64,000 nt of DNA from Alistipes sp. (GTDB lineage Bacteria; Bacteroidota; Bacteroidia; Bacteroidales; Rikenellaceae). Below are positions 60,449-64,000 of the stretch, piece by piece. Made by a program: the position numbers and the translations under genes. The notes under the pieces were generated by a model. It ran no database searches and had not been told where the DNA came from. It saw only the letters and a list, made by a program, of their open reading frames with translations. Each line of letters opens with the position of its first letter. Positions within the stretch are counted from its first letter, which is position 1. The DNA lies in the NCBI GenBank assembly GCA_045588005.1, contig JAZNDK010000015.1, positions 7,137 to 71,136 on the forward strand, in the 5' to 3' direction.

Positions 60449-63073
60449 CTAAAATATACCCAAATCCTGAAGCTTAGCCTCCAACGAGGGCAGGTCGTAG
60501 AACTTAATCTCGCGCGGCTTAGAGCCTATCTGCGGGCCTACGATACCGGCACGCTCGAGCTGCAACATGATACGGCCGGCACGGTTGAAGCCCACCTCGA
60601 AGTTACGTTGAATCATCGAGGTAGATATCATGCCGTTAGCCACCGCCTCGCGGGCAATCTCTGCGAACTTGGGGTCGTACTTCTGCGGGGCACTGCTCTC
60701 CTCGCTACCAAACGATGGAAGAGCCTCGCCACCCGCCTCGGGGGTGTAGTCCGGCAGGTTGTAAGCCGAGGGATAGCCCTGCTGAGAGTGGATATGCTCG
60801 ACGATACTCTCCACCTCGGGGGTATCGACAAAGGCACACTGTATGCGGGTGAGCTCGCCACCATTCGAGAGCAACATGTCGCCACGACCGATAAGCTGGT
60901 TAGCACCCGGCTGGTCGATGATTGTTCGCGAGTCGGTCATCTGCATCACACGGAAGGCGATGCGCGCAGGGAAGTTGGCCTTGATACCACCCGTAATGAC
61001 CTTGACATCGGGGCGCTGCGTAGCCACGATAAGGTGGATACCTATGGCTCGCGCCTTCTGCGCCAAGCGCATAACAGGAGCTTCGACCTCCTTAGCTGTC
61101 ATAATAAGGTCGGCAAACTCGTCTATCACCACAACGATATATGGCAAGAAGCGGTGTTCCTTCTCGGGGTTGAGCCTGCGTTGCAGGAACTTCTCGTTAT
61201 ACTCGACGATATTCTTTGCATGCGCGGTCTTACAGAGCTCCAAGCGGTTAGCCATCTCGGTACAGAGCGCATTGAGCGTATATACCGCCTTCTTCGGGTC
61301 GGCAATTATCGACTCGTCTTCGGACTCCATCTTCGCGAGGAAATGCTTCTCGAGCTTGTTGTATAGCGAGAACTCCACCATCTTGGGGTCGATAAGCACG
61401 AATTTAAGCTCGGCAGGGTGCTTTCTGTATAGCAGCGAGGTGATGATAGCATTCAGACCTACCGACTTACCCTGACCCGTAGCACCTGCCACCAACAAGT
61501 GAGGCATCTTGGCGAGGTCGAAGGTGTAGTTCTCGTTCTGAATGGTGCGACCAATGACTACCGGAAGCTCCGCCTTAGACTCCTGAAACTCGCGCGAACA
61601 TATTGCCGAGCGCATCGACACTGTCTGCTTCGTGAGGTTAGGAACCTCGATACCTACCGTACCCTTACCCGGAATGGGGGCGATGATACGAATACCCAAA
61701 GCTTTGAGGTTCTGTGCAATATCGCTCTCCAAGCCCTGAATCTTCGAGATTTTGACGCCCTGCTCCTGCACAATCTCGTAGAGGGTCACCGTTGGGCCTA
61801 CCGTAGCGTGCATGCTGCGGATGGGTATGCCGAAGTTGAGCAGTGTCTCGCGTATGCGCTCCTTATTTTGGAATATCTCCTCGTCATCGACCATGGCCTT
61901 CGACTTGTGGTCGATAAGTAGCGACGGTGTGGGAGGGGTGTAGCTGTGCAGGTCGCGCATAGGGTCGTAGAGGTCACCCTCGATATCCTCCGCATCGATC
62001 TCCTCGGCCTCGCGCTGCTCGACAGTGATTATCAGCTCGTCGTCACCATCACTACCGCAAGACGACATGCCGAGCGCACTCTCGGCCTCGGCTCTATCCA
62101 TGGGCTGAGCCCCGCCATCGCCAAAGTCGCCATCGTGCAACATCTCGCCAACTAAATCTTCGGTTGCATGGCTTGTGTCATCCCCATTGTCGATAGGCAC
62201 TGCTGCGAGTGTAAGCTCCTCGCTATCATCATCGTCGGCATGCTCCTCGGCTACTGCACTACCAATCGAGGGCTGAGACTCCTCGGCCGAAGTCTCCGCT
62301 ACGGCACTATTATCAGAAGTAACCTCCTCGTCGGTATCGTCGTCGATAGCTACCTCGTCATCCTCGCTATCGTGATGCGTCGAGTGATGCACAAAGCCCC
62401 AAAAACGGCGCGTGGCCTGCGTAACACCTCCTGCCACTCGCTTACCCTGCTTATCGACATCGCGCAGGAAGTTGCGATTTACGAGTAGGCCTGTCATTAT
62501 CCACCCGGCAACGATGATTAGCAGCGTGCCCACAAAGCCCGTAGCACCGCGCAATGCCTCGCTCATGGCTACGCCATAGCTACCACCAAGGCCCGAGCCA
62601 TAGATATCCCACGATGTGCCAAAGATAAAGCCCATGGTGAGCGAGCCAAGCAACAGTATAAGACCATAGATTGGTACTGAACGTAGCAGTCGAAGTGGTA
62701 TGTAGCGGAATAGTCGCCAACCCCAAAGGATGAGTACCACGGGGATAACCACGGCAAAGAGACCGAAGCCACCACCAACCAAAGCATTTGCAACACTCGC
62801 TCCTCCTCGACCGCAAACATTGCTGAAACGGGGATCACTCATAGGCACTCCCACCTGCGAGAGCGCACTCATATCCTCCTTCCAATAGAAGAAGAACGAG
62901 AGAATCGAGAAGAAGAGGAAGGCACCCAAGACCATGAGCACAAAACCTGAGACAAGACGTATGTTGTCACGAGCACTCACCACCGATGAATCCTGAGTCG
63001 AGCCCCCACCTTTGGATGTGCTTCGCGAGCCTCGGCTCGACGATACACCTCTGCTACTTATATCTTTGGCCAT
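60449..63073 (-). CDS. ftsK: DNA translocase FtsK
   Basis: N-terminal TMs, GPTVTLYE, PHLLVAGATGQGKS, IDPK, IDEFAD, ATQRP, gamma domain GFNRAGRI; start reassigned to MAKD. Confidence 0.97.
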   Translation of the reverse strand: MAKDISSRGVSSSRGSRSTSKGGGSTQDSSVVSARDNIRLVSGFVLMVLGAFLFFSILSFFFYWKEDMSALSQVGVPMSDPRFSNVCGRGGASVANALVGGGFGLFAVVIPVVLILWGWRLFRYIPLRLLRSVPIYGLILLLGSLTMGFIFGTSWDIYGSGLGGSYGVAMSEALRGATGFVGTLLIIVAGWIMTGLLVNRNFLRDVDKQGKRVAGGVTQATRRFWGFVHHSTHHDSEDDEVAIDDDTDEEVTSDNSAVAETSAEESQPSIGSAVAEEHADDDDSEELTLAAVPIDNGDDTSHATEDLVGEMLHDGDFGDGGAQPMDRAEAESALGMSSCGSDGDDELIITVEQREAEEIDAEDIEGDLYDPMRDLHSYTPPTPSLLIDHKSKAMVDDEEIFQNKERIRETLLNFGIPIRSMHATVGPTVTLYEIVQEQGVKISKIQGLESDIAQNLKALGIRIIAPIPGKGTVGIEVPNLTKQTVSMRSAICSREFQESKAELPVVIGRTIQNENYTFDLAKMPHLLVAGATGQGKSVGLNAIITSLLYRKHPAELKFVLIDPKMVEFSLYNKLEKHFLAKMESEDESIIADPKKAVYTLNALCTEMANRLELCKTAHAKNIVEYNEKFLQRRLNPEKEHRFLPYIVVVIDEFADLIMTAKEVEAPVMRLAQKARAIGIHLIVATQRPDVKVITGGIKANFPARIAFRVMQMTDSRTIIDQPGANQLIGRGDMLLSNGGELTRIQCAFVDTPEVESIVEHIHSQQGYPSAYNLPDYTPEAGGEALPSFGSEESSAPQKYDPKFAEIAREAVANGMISTSMIQRNFEVGFNRAGRIMLQLERAGIVGPQIGSKPREIKFYDLPSLEAKLQDLGIF

Positions 63074-63182
63074 AATATCGCGCGTTGTTATATACAAATA
63101 AAGCGTACGAATATACGACATTTTTTTGAGATACGAAAATTTTATCCCCGTATCTCACTCTTTTTAATATGTAATCGGTATT

Positions 63183-63959
63183 TTATCGCAACGAAAGTGC
63201 CTTATGTTCAAGACGTTGCCTATACTCCTCATCGGCAAAGGTAATAAACTCCAACAGAGGCTTCGAGCCGCGCTCGGCCCGCATATCGTAACGCTCCAAG
63301 AGCCACTCCACACGACGAGCCACAGCCTCGCCCGAGTCGATAACCTCGATACCGCAACCAGCAAGCTCCTCCTCGATAAGGTTGCGCAGGAAGGGATAGT
63401 GCGTACAGCCGAGAACCACCCTATCTACACCCGAGCCCCTCAGCGGAGCTACAACACTCCTCACAGCCTCGCGGGCGCGGGGTGTCTCCTCCTCCGAGGC
63501 CTCGACAATCTCCACAAAGTCGCGGCCAACGACCTTTACCACCTCGACATTCGAGGCGTAGCGCGAGGCCGTACTAAGAAACATTTCGCTCTGCAAGCTG
63601 TGCTCCGTAGCAAGCACCGCAATACGACCCGTGAGCGTAGTGAGCGACGCCGGCTTGACGGCAGGTTCAAGACCTACGATAGGCAGACTCGGCCACCTCT
63701 GGCGAAGATCATTGATAGCCGCCGTAGTAGCTGTATTACACCCCACAACAACGAGCTTAACACCCCTGCGTACAAGCGTATCGACAGCATGCTCGGCAAA
63801 GCCGCGTATCTGCTCCTTAGAGCGGCCTCCATAGGGACAGTTCTTGCCATCGCCCAAGTACAATAGCGACTCCTCGGGGAGTCTGCGACGCAGCTCGCGC
63901 CACACCGACAACCCTCCGATACCCGAATCATAGACTCCTATGGGTGCATTGTTACTCAC
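63183..63959 (-). CDS. murI: Glutamate racemase
   Basis: DSGIGGL, PYG, CNTAT, LGCTHYP. Confidence 0.97.
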   Translation of the reverse strand: MSNNAPIGVYDSGIGGLSVWRELRRRLPEESLLYLGDGKNCPYGGRSKEQIRGFAEHAVDTLVRRGVKLVVVGCNTATTAAINDLRQRWPSLPIVGLEPAVKPASLTTLTGRIAVLATEHSLQSEMFLSTASRYASNVEVVKVVGRDFVEIVEASEEETPRAREAVRSVVAPLRGSGVDRVVLGCTHYPFLRNLIEEELAGCGIEVIDSGEAVARRVEWLLERYDMRAERGSKPLLEFITFADEEYRQRLEHKALSLR

Positions 63960-64000
63960 CTTGTTGCTCTTTGATATATTTCACAATCATATCCTCAACC

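Overview
A gene-dense core-genome segment from a Bacteroidales bacterium, probably Rikenellaceae/Alistipes-like (inferred from gene content, TAnnTTTG -7 promoter boxes and AT-rich translation starts without Shine-Dalgarno sites). It carries about 50 mostly housekeeping genes (ileS, asnS, tyrS, rplY, pth, rlmH, rnpA, cmk, ispH, recR, ftsK, murI, rpoN, fhs, fumarase, etfBA-acd, iorAB, glutamine synthetase), a cytochrome c maturation plus triheme peroxidase module, and one CAT-anticodon tRNA. I found no transposase, integrase, prophage, cas gene or CRISPR array. The unexplained signal is non-coding: (1) a stand-alone structured small-RNA candidate at about 14,367-14,527, with three 21-bp-phased LytTR-type boxes upstream and repeated UUUAGGUU motifs complementary to translation-initiation regions of several genes here; (2) about 125-bp long-hairpin elements at four loci (36.9, 49.7, 53.4, 58.4-59.1 kb) that covary in sequence, form polarised tandem arrays, and sit on or beside a TAA stop codon in the same relative orientation; (3) a 101-nt structured RNA ahead of fhs; (4) a possible 5S loop-E mimic in the rplY leader; (5) a short REP-like hairpin family. 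Protein calls come from motif recognition and RNA folds were paired by eye; no search or folding program was run.
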